A stretch of 64,000 nucleotides of DNA from Candidatus Cloacimonadales bacterium (GCA_963678315.1 OY782781.1:480001-544000), one strand, 5' to 3'; counted from the stretch's first letter, positions 40,055 to 50,491 are shown. Numbers and translations: made by a program. The notes: generated from the letters alone by a model not told the origin.

Positions 40055-41926
40055 TTGATTCTAAAGGAGAATGCTTTGCTAAATAAGTTAGATAGAGTTG
40101 AAGATATAAAAAAACTAAAAATAGAAGACTTGAAATCTCTCGCAGAAGAGGTGAGAGAAAGAATTATTGAGGTTACAGGTAATAATGGTGGTCATGTTGC
40201 GCCTAGTTTAGGAGCTACAGATGTTGCTATTGCCTTACTTAAAGTATTTGATCCTTTGAATGATTCAATAGTTTGGGATGTTGGACATCAATCTTATGCC
40301 TACAAGATATTGACAGGTAGAAATAAAGAATTTGATACATTGAGACAATATCACGGTATAAGTGGATTCAATAACATCTCAGAAAGCAAGTACGATGCTT
40401 TTGGGGTTGGTCACAGCTCTACTTCTATATCAGCAGCACTCGGTATAGCTTGTGCAAAGCAAATAAAGAATGAGCAAGGCCACAGTATTGCTATCATTGG
40501 AGATGGTGCTTTAACAGGTGGCATGTCTTTCGAAGCCTTAAACCATGCTGGTCATCTTTCTAAAGATAAACTATTAGTCATTCTAAATGATAATAATATG
40601 TCTATATCTAAGAATGTTGGAGCTTTGCAGCACTATTTAACAAACATGCTTGTATCTCGTTCTTACAATAAGCTAAAGAAACAAGTATGGGACTTATCTC
40701 AATCATTCCCTAAAAGATTCAGGGTTAGATTTATCAGGTCAGCTCAGAAAATGGAAGAAAGTATGATTAATATACTTGTTCCAAACATCATCTTTGAAGA
40801 CTTTGGCTTTAAATATGTAGGTCCTGTTGATGGACATGACTTGCCACGCATGATAAGAGTTCTAAATAAAGTTAAATACAATATGGTTGGGCCTGTTTTA
40901 CTTCATGTAGTAACCAAAAAAGGTAAGGGCTTCCCAATAGCAGAAGATAACTCAAGCAAGTTCCATGGTTTAGGACCATATAATGTTCAATCTGGAGAAG
41001 CTAAAGGTGTTAAGAAAAAAAGCTGGTCAAAGAGTTTTGGTCAGAAACTATGCTGTTTAGCTAAAAGCAATAAGAAGATTGTAGCAATCACAGCTGCTAT
41101 GGCGGATGGAACAGGTTTAGCAGACTTCGAAAAGAAATATCCTAAACGCTTCTTTGATGTAGGAATTGCCGAGCAACATGCAGTAACTTTCGCTGGTGGA
41201 CTTGCTACCAAGGGTATAAAAGCTTTCTTCGCTGTATATTCTACATTCATTCAAAGAGGTTATGACCAAATTATTCATGACATAGCTTTACAAAAACTTC
41301 CTGTTGTAATCTGTCTTGATAGAGCAGGACTAGTAGGAGAAGATGGAGCAACTCACCATGGTGCTTTTGATATATCATTCCTACAACCAATTCCTAACCT
41401 CATTATACTTGCCCCAGGATATGAAAAAGAGTTTCATCAAATGATAGAATTTGCATCAACATATCAAGATGGTCCTATAGTTATCAGATATCCACGAGGA
41501 AGTATTGATGTTGAAGAACGCAGTCTTCCTGATTTTGAGCTAGGTAAAGCAACTGTAATACAAGAAGGTAAAAAGATAGCTCTTCTATCTACAGGTCATG
41601 CTTTAAGCTTAGCAGAATCTGTAGCAACAGAGCTTGCTGACAAGCATAGAGTTCAAGCAAAAATAATCCACTTTGGAACAGTTAAACCTTTTGATTATGC
41701 TTCTTTAGACTCTTTAAAGAAGTTTGATAAGATAATTACTTTAGAGCATAATACTGTTAAGGGTGGCTTTGGACAGATAGTTACTTCCCATTTTGCTGAC
41801 ACTAAGAACAAAGTAATTAATATCGGTTACCCAGACAAATTTGTCACTCATGGGAATGTTGAAAAACTATATGAAGAGATAGGTTTAACAACTTCTCAGA
41901 TAATAAATAAAATATTAGAAAAATAG
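40055..41926 (+). CDS. dxs: 1-deoxy-D-xylulose-5-phosphate synthase
   Basis: GGHVAPSLG, WDVGHQ, GDGALTGG, DVGIAEQHAV and GEDGATHHG motifs. Confidence 0.97.
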   Translation: MILKENALLNKLDRVEDIKKLKIEDLKSLAEEVRERIIEVTGNNGGHVAPSLGATDVAIALLKVFDPLNDSIVWDVGHQSYAYKILTGRNKEFDTLRQYHGISGFNNISESKYDAFGVGHSSTSISAALGIACAKQIKNEQGHSIAIIGDGALTGGMSFEALNHAGHLSKDKLLVILNDNNMSISKNVGALQHYLTNMLVSRSYNKLKKQVWDLSQSFPKRFRVRFIRSAQKMEESMINILVPNIIFEDFGFKYVGPVDGHDLPRMIRVLNKVKYNMVGPVLLHVVTKKGKGFPIAEDNSSKFHGLGPYNVQSGEAKGVKKKSWSKSFGQKLCCLAKSNKKIVAITAAMADGTGLADFEKKYPKRFFDVGIAEQHAVTFAGGLATKGIKAFFAVYSTFIQRGYDQIIHDIALQKLPVVICLDRAGLVGEDGATHHGAFDISFLQPIPNLIILAPGYEKEFHQMIEFASTYQDGPIVIRYPRGSIDVEERSLPDFELGKATVIQEGKKIALLSTGHALSLAESVATELADKHRVQAKIIHFGTVKPFDYASLDSLKKFDKIITLEHNTVKGGFGQIVTSHFADTKNKVINIGYPDKFVTHGNVEKLYEEIGLTTSQIINKILEK

Positions 41927-41963
41927 TTCTTATTATAAGAAATGAAATAAATTAGGAGCAATA

Positions 41964-42260
41964 ATGCAAATAACTGGAAAACAAAAAGCATACTTAAAGA
42001 AATTAATTCATGCTAAAAAACCTGTAGTAATGATTGGTGGAAATGGCGTCTCAGAAGGGGTTATCAAGCTTGTCAATGAAGAATTAGACATGAAAGAATT
42101 GATTAAAATTAAGTTTGTAGAATATAAAGAAATGAAGAAGGAACTTTTCCCTCAAATAGCTGATCAAGTTGGAGCTGTAGCTGTAGATTTAATAGGCAAT
42201 GTTGGCATATTATACCGTGAGCAAGCAGACCCTGAAAAAAGAAAAATTAAACTTCCTTAG
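41964..42260 (+). CDS. yhbY: YhbY/CRM-domain RNA-binding protein
   Basis: ITGKQKAYLK..H..KPVVMIG..G, ELIKIKF and IGNVGILYR motifs. Confidence 0.9.
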   Translation: MQITGKQKAYLKKLIHAKKPVVMIGGNGVSEGVIKLVNEELDMKELIKIKFVEYKEMKKELFPQIADQVGAVAVDLIGNVGILYREQADPEKRKIKLP

Positions 42261-42269
42261 TTAGAAAAT

Positions 42270-43616
42270 ATGTATCATGACGACACTATAACAGCACTTG
42301 CTACCCCTGTGGGAGTGGGTGCTTTACATATAATTAGGGTTAGTGGTAAAGACGCAATAGAGCAAGTTGCTAAGATATTTAAACCAAGTAAAAAGCTTCT
42401 TAAAACAGCAGGAAACAGTGTAATTTACGGTAAGATAGTATCGCAAGGTAAGCTTCTTGATGAAGTAGTATGTACTGTCTTCCGAGCTCCTCATAGCTTC
42501 ACGGGTGAAGATTCTGTTGAGATTTCCTGTCATGGCTCTATGTTTGTTGCAGATTCTATTCTATCTGCTTTACAAGAGAATATTAGACTAGCTAATCCTG
42601 GTGAGTTTACCTTAAGAGCTTATCTTAATGGCAAAATGGACTTAACCCAAGCCGAAGCTGTTAATGATGTGATTCAATCAAAAACTAAGATGTCTCAAAG
42701 CCTTGCTTTAAATCAACTTGAAGGTTCTCTCTATGCAAGGATTTCTAAGCTAATTGCTATTCTAACCCAAGCAAGAGTTCAAGTTGAACTTGAGATTGAC
42801 TTCTTGGATGATGATGTTCCTGAAATAGATCTAACAAAACTAAGAAGTGATATTGAAGATTTAAAAGCTGAATTAGAAGGCTTAGTAGTTTCTGGTCAAC
42901 AGGGTAGAATAATCCGAGAAGGACTAAAAGTCTCTCTTATTGGCAAACCTAATGTAGGAAAATCAAGCATCTTTAATAAGCTTTTAGAAACTGAAAGGGC
43001 TATCGTTACGCCCATACCGGGCACTACTAGAGATTTCTTGGAAGAAGAACTATCGCTTGATGGCTATCTAGTAAGATTCTATGATACTGCTGGGATTAGA
43101 GCAACTGCTGATACTGTTGAAAAGATGGGGATTAGTCGCTCACTTGAAGTGATTCAGAACAGTGATTATATTCTTTACGTCACAGATGGAAGCGATTCTC
43201 AAGAAGAATATGCAGACTTTGTTTCTGGCATCGAAGCAGATAAGCTAATCAAAGTTATAAATAAGACAGACCTGCTTTCTCAAGAAGAAGTAACTAAATA
43301 TAGTGATTATATACCTTCTTCAGCAATGACAGAAGCAGGTATTGAACAGTTAAAGCATGAACTTCTTAAAAAGATTAAGCTATCAGACAATGAACTATCT
43401 TCAGGCTTGCTTACTAATTCTAGACAGGTAAATGCTGTAAAGAAATGCATTGAATCACTTGAGCAGGCTATCGGGTCTATAGATAACTTCATGGGCTATG
43501 AATTCACTGCTTTCGATTTAAAAGAAGCTTCAGCATACCTAGAAGAAGTGGTAGGACAGATAACCGATGATGACTTGCTTAACAACATCTTTAGTAACTT
43601 CTGTATAGGTAAGTAA
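42270..43616 (+). CDS. mnmE: tRNA modification GTPase MnmE/TrmE
   Basis: DTITALATP, GKPNVGKSS, GTTRD and DTAG motifs; C-terminal FCIGK. Confidence 0.98.
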   Translation: MYHDDTITALATPVGVGALHIIRVSGKDAIEQVAKIFKPSKKLLKTAGNSVIYGKIVSQGKLLDEVVCTVFRAPHSFTGEDSVEISCHGSMFVADSILSALQENIRLANPGEFTLRAYLNGKMDLTQAEAVNDVIQSKTKMSQSLALNQLEGSLYARISKLIAILTQARVQVELEIDFLDDDVPEIDLTKLRSDIEDLKAELEGLVVSGQQGRIIREGLKVSLIGKPNVGKSSIFNKLLETERAIVTPIPGTTRDFLEEELSLDGYLVRFYDTAGIRATADTVEKMGISRSLEVIQNSDYILYVTDGSDSQEEYADFVSGIEADKLIKVINKTDLLSQEEVTKYSDYIPSSAMTEAGIEQLKHELLKKIKLSDNELSSGLLTNSRQVNAVKKCIESLEQAIGSIDNFMGYEFTAFDLKEASAYLEEVVGQITDDDLLNNIFSNFCIGK

Positions 43617-43637
43617 AAAATAATAAGGAGAGTTAAT

Positions 43638-44468
43638 ATGGAACTTTTTGGTAAGGTAATAATTATTTTGGTATTGTTGTATTTTGTAGTTAAATATTTA
43701 ATTGTTCTCGCTAGCGATAAAATGGAAGTACAAGCAGGTGTTAATCTTGATAATCAAATGGATAACCTAATAAAGAAAGTTCTAGATTCATATGACATAG
43801 AAATACAAGATAGTATTTCTAAATATTTACCCCATCTAGCCTTGAAAAAGAAGCAATTGATATATATAGATGATTATGGAGATAAAGATGAGCGTGATTG
43901 GGAAAAAGAGCTTGAGCGCTTTATTGATAAGAAACTATATGTCAAAAATAAGGTCCTGATTGAACTTGATGATCTGTTCACGGCAGACACTTATGCTTTG
44001 ACTCAGTTTCAAAAGAGATTTGCTGGAACACCAATAGATTACTTTGATTCTATAGTTAAAATTGAACTTAAATATAGGATAGAAATTGCTTTGTTAGATT
44101 TTGAAGACACTCAAGATAACTATTTTGATGTAGATGATTCAGATCCAATATCGTATGAGAATTCGATTGCAGAAGTTTTTGAACAGCATGGTTGGGAAGC
44201 AAGGGTAACCAAAGCATCTGGAGATCAAGGTGCTGATGTAATAGCAAAATATGATGGTTTTAAAATGATTATTCAATGCAAGTTATACTCCTCCCCTGTA
44301 AGTAATAAAGCAGTACAAGAAGTTTATTCAGCTCTCAACTATTACAATGGGGATAAAGCAGTAGTTATAACAAATTCTACTTTTACAAAATCCGCAAAAC
44401 AATTAGCTGAATCAAATGATGTACTTTTAATTCATCATTCCCAGCTAGACGATTTATTGACCATATAA
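43638..44468 (+). CDS. Membrane-anchored Mrr-like (Mrr_cat) restriction endonuclease domain protein
   Basis: N-terminal TM helix; C-terminal YE...SGDQGADVIA...IQCKLY...AVQEV...ITNSTFTKSA. Confidence 0.85.
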   Translation: MELFGKVIIILVLLYFVVKYLIVLASDKMEVQAGVNLDNQMDNLIKKVLDSYDIEIQDSISKYLPHLALKKKQLIYIDDYGDKDERDWEKELERFIDKKLYVKNKVLIELDDLFTADTYALTQFQKRFAGTPIDYFDSIVKIELKYRIEIALLDFEDTQDNYFDVDDSDPISYENSIAEVFEQHGWEARVTKASGDQGADVIAKYDGFKMIIQCKLYSSPVSNKAVQEVYSALNYYNGDKAVVITNSTFTKSAKQLAESNDVLLIHHSQLDDLLTI

Positions 44469-44500
44469 GTTAAATAAAGAAAAATAAATAAAGGATATAA

Positions 44501-45904
44501 ATGGAAAACTTAAGAATAGGTATAATTGGTAATATTGGCGTAGGGAAATCAACTTTAGTAACAGCAGCGAAACAGGAACCATACAAAGATAAGCTTTTAT
44601 GCTTATTCCCAGAAGATAAGTGTGATGCAGATGTACACACATTTGATGAAGAGTTTAATCCTATGGTTCTTGATGAATTCTATAAAGATCCTGTTAGAAA
44701 TGCTTTTATGGCTCAGATAGAATTCTTTAATGGTCGCTTAGAAAGACAAAAAAGAATTGATAATTCTAGAGGTATTATTCTAGAAGATAGAACTCTAGCA
44801 GAAGATTATCATATCTTCGGAAAAGCACAAAGAATTCTTGGTAATATGACAGAAGCAGAGTTCCAAGCCTACCAAAGAACATACCATTTAATGACTGAAA
44901 GCTTTAGGGAACCTGATATAATCGTTTATTTAAGAGCAGATGTAGAAACACTTCTAGACAGAATAGCTAAAAGAGGAAGGGAATCTGAAAAACTTATTCC
45001 TAAGGAGTATTTAGCACAGTTAAATTCTCTCTATGAAGAGTACATATCTAATCATGTGAAATGCCCAGTGCTTATCATAGAAACCAATGATATGGACCAA
45101 GATAAGTTCGTTGAAATGGCTATCAACCAAATGGCTGAGCATATCAAAACGCTTTCATTAAGAGTTACTACTCCTGGTATTCGTAAATGGGTTAAGCTTC
45201 CTGAAACTCAAGCAACCTTGCAAGCAATTGAGATTGAAAAGAAACTAGAAACATTCTTAAAAGAAAACCCTAAACTAATTACTATTGCTGGTAATGTAGG
45301 ACTAGGTAAATCTACTATTACAGCTATTATGGAGAGAAGCTTAAATATCACTGGTTTATATGAGAAGCCAGAAGAGAACCCTCTACTTGAACAGTTCTTA
45401 GGCAATAAAAAGAAGTATTGCTATGACCTTCAACTACACTTTCTTAAAATGAGAGCTCAACAAAGAAGACAAGGTAAAAGCGGTATAGGAAGCTATGTAA
45501 AAGATAGATCTATTCCAGAAGATTTACTAGTTTTCTGTTATCAATTCAATCAAGATGGGCTTCTTACTAATGATGAACTTGACCGACTTACTACAGAGTT
45601 TCACAAATACAACAACGAATTACCAAGTGCAGACTTGATGATTGTTTTGAAGGGAACACCTAACCAAGCTTGGCAAAGAATACAACAGCGTGGTAGAGAA
45701 ATGGAAGTCGAAGGGGGCTGGAGTCAAGCAGACATCACCAACCTTAATCGTTGGTACGAGAACTATGCTGAAAATGTAATCAAGTACGGCTTTCATAAAG
45801 GACCAATCTTAGTGATTGATGTAGGAATGATTGACCTACTTAATAGGGTACATGTTGGCTATATATTTGAGAAGATTTATGAACTTCTAAGTGGGAAGAA
45901 ATAG
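44501..45904 (+). CDS. Tandem (two-domain) deoxynucleoside kinase
   Basis: Two dNK domains, each with a P-loop (GNIGVGKST, GNVGLGKST), a DR(S/T)..ED motif and an RI..RGR lid. Confidence 0.88.
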   Translation: MENLRIGIIGNIGVGKSTLVTAAKQEPYKDKLLCLFPEDKCDADVHTFDEEFNPMVLDEFYKDPVRNAFMAQIEFFNGRLERQKRIDNSRGIILEDRTLAEDYHIFGKAQRILGNMTEAEFQAYQRTYHLMTESFREPDIIVYLRADVETLLDRIAKRGRESEKLIPKEYLAQLNSLYEEYISNHVKCPVLIIETNDMDQDKFVEMAINQMAEHIKTLSLRVTTPGIRKWVKLPETQATLQAIEIEKKLETFLKENPKLITIAGNVGLGKSTITAIMERSLNITGLYEKPEENPLLEQFLGNKKKYCYDLQLHFLKMRAQQRRQGKSGIGSYVKDRSIPEDLLVFCYQFNQDGLLTNDELDRLTTEFHKYNNELPSADLMIVLKGTPNQAWQRIQQRGREMEVEGGWSQADITNLNRWYENYAENVIKYGFHKGPILVIDVGMIDLLNRVHVGYIFEKIYELLSGKK

Positions 45905-45916
45905 GATAAAAATCTA

Positions 45917-45998
45917 ACCACGAAAGGCACGATAGATTAATTGATATGAAGTTTTTTAAGTTTAGAATAATTTCGTGTTCTTTAGTGCCTTTCGTGGT
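45917..45998. repeat. Small inverted-repeat (MITE-like) element
   Basis: Perfect 14-bp inverted repeat ACCACGAAAGGCAC ... GTGCCTTTCGTGGT; related half-sites near 9969 and 10250-10276. Confidence 0.75.
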
Positions 45999-46021
45999 AA
46001 AATAATATAATAACTTAAATG

Positions 46022-46048
46022 AAAAAGCCATCATTACGATGGCTTTTT
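46022..46048. terminator. Bidirectional terminator
   Basis: AAAAAGCCATC-ATTAC-GATGGCTTTTT between the convergent dNK and alaS genes. Confidence 0.8.
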
Positions 46049-46077
46049 ATTTATCTATAATCTAATATTATTTCTTG

Positions 46078-48684
46078 TTAAAACTCTTCAACTATTCTTT
46101 CTGCTTCTTTTAGAGCTTGAGCTATTTTGGAAACATCTTTTCCGCCAGCCATAGCAGAATCAGGTCTTCCTCCACCTTTACCACCGACTATTTCAGCTAT
46201 TTTACCAACGATTTTACCTGCATGGAATTGCTTAGTTAAGTCTTTGGTTACAACAGTTAAGACAGACACCTTACCATTAACTTCTGCTAATAAAATACCA
46301 ATACCTGAACCAAGTTTATCTTTTAACTGGTCTCCTATCGTACGCATTTCATTAGGGTTAGCAATCTCTATTTGTCCGATTACAACTTTTACGTCACGGA
46401 TTACTTTTGCTGTATTAAGAAGTTCAGTAAGTGCTCCGGAAGCTTGTTGTGCTTTCATGCTTTCAAGTTCTTTTTGAAGGTCTTTATTTTCTTGGATAAG
46501 CTTTTCAACTTTATCGGTTAAGTTCTTTTCATTAGCATTAATTAGTTCTGCAATGTTAGCAATTTTCTCTTCTTTATTACGAAGAAGTTCAAGAACTTTA
46601 GCTCCGGTAATAGCTTCAATTCTTCTAATGCCAGAAGCAGATGAAGACTCGCTTAATATTTTGAAAGAACCAATCTGACCAGTAGAAGCAACATGAGTAC
46701 CTCCACATAATTCCATTGAGAAGTCTGCAACAGTAACAACTCTTACGCTATCACCATATTTCTCTCCGAAGAGAGCAGTTGCGCCTTCTTCCCTAGCTTG
46801 ATCTAGACTCTTAACCTCAGTATTAACATTGCTATTCTTGAGGATTTCAGCATTTACTATGTCTTCAACTTGCTCAATCTCTTGCTTAGACAAGCCATTG
46901 AAATGAGTAAAATCAAACCTTAGTCCATCAGGACTTACCATAGAACCTTTTTGTTGAACATGGCTACCAAGAACTTGTCGTAAAGCACTATGAATAAGAT
47001 GAGTTGCTGTATGGTGTGCAGCTGTCATTCTGCGAGAACTTTCTCTTACACCAGCTGTAACTTCTTTCCCTTCTATCTCACCTCTTTGAAGCTTACCTAT
47101 ATGAACCCACATGCCATTAACTTTCTTTGTATCAAAGACTGCTATTTCAAAAGTATCATTCTTGATTATCCCTTTATCCCCTACCTGTCCACCTGATTCA
47201 GCATAGAAAGGTGTTTTATCCAAAACTAACTTCACAATCTGCTTTTCATCCATGCTGTAACGAAGAATATTTGCTTTAGTTTCTAAAGTTGTATAACCAA
47301 TAAATTCTGTATCTATTGAATCATCTAGGATAGTCCAACCTGTTTCATCTATATCAAGTTTAAACTTAGAAGAAGACCTTGCTCTCTCTTTTTGAGCTTC
47401 CATTTCTGAGTTAAAGCCATCCATATCGACTTTCAGTCCTCTTTCTTCTGCAAGAATTGAAGTTAAATCTACTGGGAATCCAAAAGTATCGTATAATAGG
47501 AAAGCTGAAGCACCAGGGATAGTGTCACCCTCTAAAGTCTTACATATCTCACTGAATTTATCTAAACCAGTATCTAATGTTTGGTTAAATCTTTCTTCTT
47601 CTGACTTGATTACCATTACTATATAGTCACGTTTCTCTTTTAATTCAAGGTAGTGTTGTCCCATTACTTCGATAACAGTATCAACTAGTTTATATAAGAA
47701 TGGATCTTTCAAATCAATCAATCTACCAAATCTAGCAGCCCTTCTGAGAATTCTTCTTAGAACATATCCCCTACCTTCATTTGAAGGCATTCCACCATCT
47801 GCTAAAGCAAAGGTTAAACAACGAATATGGTCTGCAATTACTCTATGAGATACAGAAGATTTTGCTTGGTATTCATGACCTGAAAGCTCTGATATCTTGT
47901 CTATAATTGGCATGAATAAATCAGTATGATAGTTAGAATCCTTACCCTGAAGTAATTGGCAGATTCTCTCAAAACCTGAACCTGTATCAACATGCTTCAT
48001 CTTCAATGGTGTAAGGCTTCTATCTTCATTTCGGAAGTATTGCATGAAAACAAGATTCCAAATTTCCATATAGCGATGACAATCTCCATTAACCTCACAA
48101 TTATGGTCCCCTTCAACTCCACAGAAGTCTGTTCCTCTATCATAATGAAGCTCAGAACATGGACCGCAAGGACCTGTCTCACCCATTTCCCAGAAGTTAT
48201 CTTTATCGCCATGATAGGAGATATGAGAAGGATCTATATCTGTACATTCTTTCCAGAGATTAAATGCTTCCTCATCTGTGTGATGAACTGTTGCATAAAG
48301 CTTTGACTTATCCATTTTCCATACTTCTGTGATTAATTCCCATGCCCAAGTAATTGCTTCTTTCTTGTAGTAATCACCAAATGACCAGTTCCCTAGCATT
48401 TCAAAGAAAGTATGATGATAGCCATCTTTACCCACTTCGTCAAGGTCATTATGTTTACCCCCAGCACGAATACACTTCTGTGAATTCACTGCTCTGCTAG
48501 CTTTTGCATCTTCTAATCCTAAAAAGATTGATTTAAACTGGTTCATTCCTGCATTAATAAACAAAAGTGTTGGGTCATCTTGTGGAATCACAGGTGATGA
48601 CTTTATAAATGTATGTTGTTTCTTTAAAAAGAAATCTATAAACTGTTGTCTTATTTCACTGCTATTAAGCATACTAATCTCCAT
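46078..48684 (-). CDS. alaS: Alanine--tRNA ligase
   Basis: DPTLLFINAGMNQFK, HHTFFEMLGNWSFGDY, HTATH, ELCGGTHV and GKGGGR motifs. Confidence 0.99.
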   Translation of the reverse strand: MEISMLNSSEIRQQFIDFFLKKQHTFIKSSPVIPQDDPTLLFINAGMNQFKSIFLGLEDAKASRAVNSQKCIRAGGKHNDLDEVGKDGYHHTFFEMLGNWSFGDYYKKEAITWAWELITEVWKMDKSKLYATVHHTDEEAFNLWKECTDIDPSHISYHGDKDNFWEMGETGPCGPCSELHYDRGTDFCGVEGDHNCEVNGDCHRYMEIWNLVFMQYFRNEDRSLTPLKMKHVDTGSGFERICQLLQGKDSNYHTDLFMPIIDKISELSGHEYQAKSSVSHRVIADHIRCLTFALADGGMPSNEGRGYVLRRILRRAARFGRLIDLKDPFLYKLVDTVIEVMGQHYLELKEKRDYIVMVIKSEEERFNQTLDTGLDKFSEICKTLEGDTIPGASAFLLYDTFGFPVDLTSILAEERGLKVDMDGFNSEMEAQKERARSSSKFKLDIDETGWTILDDSIDTEFIGYTTLETKANILRYSMDEKQIVKLVLDKTPFYAESGGQVGDKGIIKNDTFEIAVFDTKKVNGMWVHIGKLQRGEIEGKEVTAGVRESSRRMTAAHHTATHLIHSALRQVLGSHVQQKGSMVSPDGLRFDFTHFNGLSKQEIEQVEDIVNAEILKNSNVNTEVKSLDQAREEGATALFGEKYGDSVRVVTVADFSMELCGGTHVASTGQIGSFKILSESSSASGIRRIEAITGAKVLELLRNKEEKIANIAELINANEKNLTDKVEKLIQENKDLQKELESMKAQQASGALTELLNTAKVIRDVKVVIGQIEIANPNEMRTIGDQLKDKLGSGIGILLAEVNGKVSVLTVVTKDLTKQFHAGKIVGKIAEIVGGKGGGRPDSAMAGGKDVSKIAQALKEAERIVEEF

Positions 48685-48764
48685 AAGTAATTAATTTTCT
48701 ACATGATTAGCATAACTTAAAAGTCCTTTCAGGTGTCAAGGGAAAAGTAGTAAGAATATATAGT

Positions 48765-49889
48765 CTAAATGATGTCTATATGGTTGAGATTATCAGAAAA
48801 GTCAATATCAATCCACTTTAAGATTGATAAATTTCTAATTGTTATAACTAGAGATTCAATTTTTTGTGGGTTATTCCATCTTTTTTTCCAATCCAACATG
48901 TAATCTAATATATCTAAATCAGAAATCCTTTTTTTGTCTTTTTTGAGTGTTTCAATAGTGTAGAAAATTGTTGTTACTTCTTCAGCTTGGGCAGTACTTT
49001 TAATTCTTTTAAATAAATCAGTAGTTTTCTGAATTTTGCTATTATATTTTGCAATAATGCCAAGATACTTATTTCTAAAATCAGTATAGTCTTTAGTTAC
49101 TTTAATATTTATCATAGTTCCTAATTTTTCTTCAACTATTAATCCGTTGTTTGAAAGGAATCTAATTAACTCATGTAAATCCTCTGAAAATGGTCCATAG
49201 GAAGCTTGTTTAAAATTCAAGTTTGTTGGAATACCTATTTTAGTAATTACATAAGCCAGTTTCTGAAAAATAGTTCTTCCAACCTTGAGACATAACTTAT
49301 CTGACTGAAGTATATAAAGACATTCTAAAATAATCGTATGATTAGGATTAAAAATACTATTTTTGCTTAAATTTTTATCTTCTAAAAAAGTTTCCTCTGT
49401 CTGTAGATAATCAGCTTCAAGAAGCTTCTTTGGGGTACCAAAAGGAGCGTATAGCTCAACATCTAAGTCTAGATTTCTCAGTTTTTTATATAAGAGCCGT
49501 CCTACATCCTTCCAATCTAAACCACCATTGCCACAACCTAATGGTGGAATCGCAATTGAAGAAATCCCCCATTCCTTATAATGTTCAATAAGAAAATCAA
49601 TTCCATCATTAATGAATGAGAGTTGAGACATTGACCTCCAATGCTCTTTAGTTGGAAAATTTAGTATTGCTTGCTTTTTAAATATACTAACACTTTCATA
49701 AAGATAAGGTTTGCCAATTTGAACTTGTCCTTTTTTACACTTATCAAAATAATCACTAGCCATATCAGGGTACTTATCTTTAAAAATCTTCGCAAGACCT
49801 TTTCCCATTACTCCAACGCAATTAATTGGATTAACAATTACAGTTTTCTCGGTTTTGAAGATATCACCAATTTTTACATTAATCATCAT
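48765..49889 (-). CDS. darG: DarG antitoxin (macrodomain DNA ADP-ribosylglycohydrolase)
   Basis: GDIF, VNPINCVGVMGKGLA, NFPTKEHW and IPPLGCGNGGLDW motifs; C-terminal YGPFS domain; coupled to darT. Confidence 0.9.
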   Translation of the reverse strand: MMINVKIGDIFKTEKTVIVNPINCVGVMGKGLAKIFKDKYPDMASDYFDKCKKGQVQIGKPYLYESVSIFKKQAILNFPTKEHWRSMSQLSFINDGIDFLIEHYKEWGISSIAIPPLGCGNGGLDWKDVGRLLYKKLRNLDLDVELYAPFGTPKKLLEADYLQTEETFLEDKNLSKNSIFNPNHTIILECLYILQSDKLCLKVGRTIFQKLAYVITKIGIPTNLNFKQASYGPFSEDLHELIRFLSNNGLIVEEKLGTMINIKVTKDYTDFRNKYLGIIAKYNSKIQKTTDLFKRIKSTAQAEEVTTIFYTIETLKKDKKRISDLDILDYMLDWKKRWNNPQKIESLVITIRNLSILKWIDIDFSDNLNHIDII

Positions 49890-50491
49890 TCCTCTAGTAA
49901 AAATATTTCTTTATTAACTATTAATTCTTTGTCAAAGCCAATGGCTTGTAATCTATATTTATCTTCTTTGGATTTCACATAAGCCCCAATAACATATTCA
50001 TACGGAATACTATCTGGAACCAATATCTCAGCACATTTTTTGGACTTCTTTTCAAAATACCTTTGTTTAATCGGGTCTCTCCAGTCCTTACAATAGATAA
50101 TCGGAAAATCTAAATTTTCTACTTCCTGCTTATGATAGATTCTTGCCCAATCACTTGCAGCATTCCTGTCTGAGAACACCACTCCTGGCCTTTCAATAAC
50201 ACTTACAGAGACTCGAAGTACACATATATCTTCATTACGCCTAGCACTCATCATCGGGTTTCTTGCATGGAAATATAGATTAGCATAACTATGGAGTTGC
50301 TGTTCTCCAATTTTCTTTTTATCTCTCTTCCCCTGAACTTCTTGCATAGATATATTTTCATGCTTAATACTTACAGCTTTGTAAAATGATAAAATACCAT
50401 GTTTAATAACTGATTCCATATTCTCAATTGGTAGAATATTATGAAATTCCACAATATCTGAGAAATTGCATATTGCATAAAAGTCTATCAT
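49886..50491 (-). CDS. darT: DarT toxin (DUF4433 DNA ADP-ribosyltransferase)
   Basis: ENMESVIKHGILS, HSYANLYFHARNPMM, FSDRNAAS and catalytic AEILV motifs; start at ATG 50491 after GGAGG. Confidence 0.88.
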   Translation of the reverse strand: MIDFYAICNFSDIVEFHNILPIENMESVIKHGILSFYKAVSIKHENISMQEVQGKRDKKKIGEQQLHSYANLYFHARNPMMSARRNEDICVLRVSVSVIERPGVVFSDRNAASDWARIYHKQEVENLDFPIIYCKDWRDPIKQRYFEKKSKKCAEILVPDSIPYEYVIGAYVKSKEDKYRLQAIGFDKELIVNKEIFLLEE

